From: Nitrospirota bacterium
Lineage (GTDB): Bacteria > Nitrospirota > Thermodesulfovibrionia > Thermodesulfovibrionales > UBA9159
Assembly: GCA_963699545.1 (NCBI GenBank)
Contig: CAVOUE010000003.1
Span: 704,001-768,000, forward strand
DNA: 64,000 bases
Reading direction: 5' to 3'
Shown here: positions 63,508 through 64,000 of the stretch, one piece after another
Layout: every line of letters begins with the position of its first letter
Numbering within the stretch: the stretch's first letter is position 1
The notes under the pieces: model-generated
What the model was told of the DNA's origin: nothing
The model's input: only the letters and a program-made list of their open reading frames with translations
Database searches by the model: none
Made by a program: the position numbers and the translations under genes

Positions 63508-64000
63508 ATGCCAAAAACATATAAGATAGCGGTCATTGGCGGTGACGGGACAGGGCCGGAGGTTGTTGCGGAAGGGATGAAGGTACTCAATGCCGCTTCC
63601 GGCACATTCGGCTTCAATCTGGATTACACCCATTTTGATTTCGGCGGTGAGCGGTACCTGAAGACCGGTGAACTCCTTCCCGAAAGCATCTTTGACGATC
63701 TGAGAAGGTTTGATGCCATCTATCTCGGCGCCATCGGTCACCCGGAGGTAAAGCCGGGTGTTCTCGAAAAAGGGATACTCCTCAGGATGAGGTTTGAACT
63801 GGACCAGTATATCAATCTCCGTCCCGTGAAGCTCTTTCCGGGTGTTGACTGCCCCCTGAAGGATAAGAAACCGGAAGATATCGACTTCGTCGTCGTGAGA
63901 GAGAATACCGAAGGACTCTATACCGGCGCCGGGGGATTCCTGAGGAAAGGCACCCCTGATGAGATAGCGACCCAGGTCTCGGTGAATACAAGGAAGGGCG
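63508..64000 (+). CDS. leuB: 3-isopropylmalate dehydrogenase, runs off the right edge
   Basis: Hand translation IAVIGGDGTGPEV, LGAIGHP, NLRPVKL, VVRENTEG. Confidence 0.88.
   Translation, partial: MPKTYKIAVIGGDGTGPEVVAEGMKVLNAASGTFGFNLDYTHFDFGGERYLKTGELLPESIFDDLRRFDAIYLGAIGHPEVKPGVLEKGILLRMRFELDQYINLRPVKLFPGVDCPLKDKKPEDIDFVVVRENTEGLYTGAGGFLRKGTPDEIATQVSVNTRKG

Overview
Bacterial chromosomal window, probably from an anaerobic Nitrospirota (Thermodesulfovibrionia-like) or similar organism; the taxon is an inference from gene order and protein style. Left to right: (1) a Csu-type chaperone-usher pilus locus with three paralogous pilins. Two duplicated leaders each carry a GEMM-I riboswitch, and the two differ at the ligand-specificity nucleotide (G20, c-di-GMP type; A20, 3'3'-cGAMP type). 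(2) A membrane glycosyltransferase, a small Zn-ribbon protein, a probable DUF1573 selenoprotein (UGA at S-U-G-C plus a SECIS-like hairpin) and an Smr protein. (3) An AT-rich islet with XRE + ImmA/IrrE, two amber-interrupted genes, repeat-bounded single-gene units and a MITE. (4) Housekeeping genes: truA, dksA-like, frr, pyrH, tsf, rpsB, an NtrBC-like pair, rpsF-ssb-rpsR, two DUF507, a GGDEF protein and an HNH protein. (5) An accessory envelope block: DUF3300/DUF2950, octaheme-TPR cytochrome, two sulfatases, HAD-2H fusion, VapBC, MscS, patatin-POTRA-barrel, OmpA. (6) A predicted FadR-regulated operon: rubredoxin, CDC48-like ATPase, oxalate oxidoreductase-type subunits (R31/R109/D116/F117/Q211 signature) and TctCBA. 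(7) A P-type ATPase, a USP and the start of leuB. Several genes carry single-base indels, probably assembly errors. All family assignments come from motif recognition; no database search was run.
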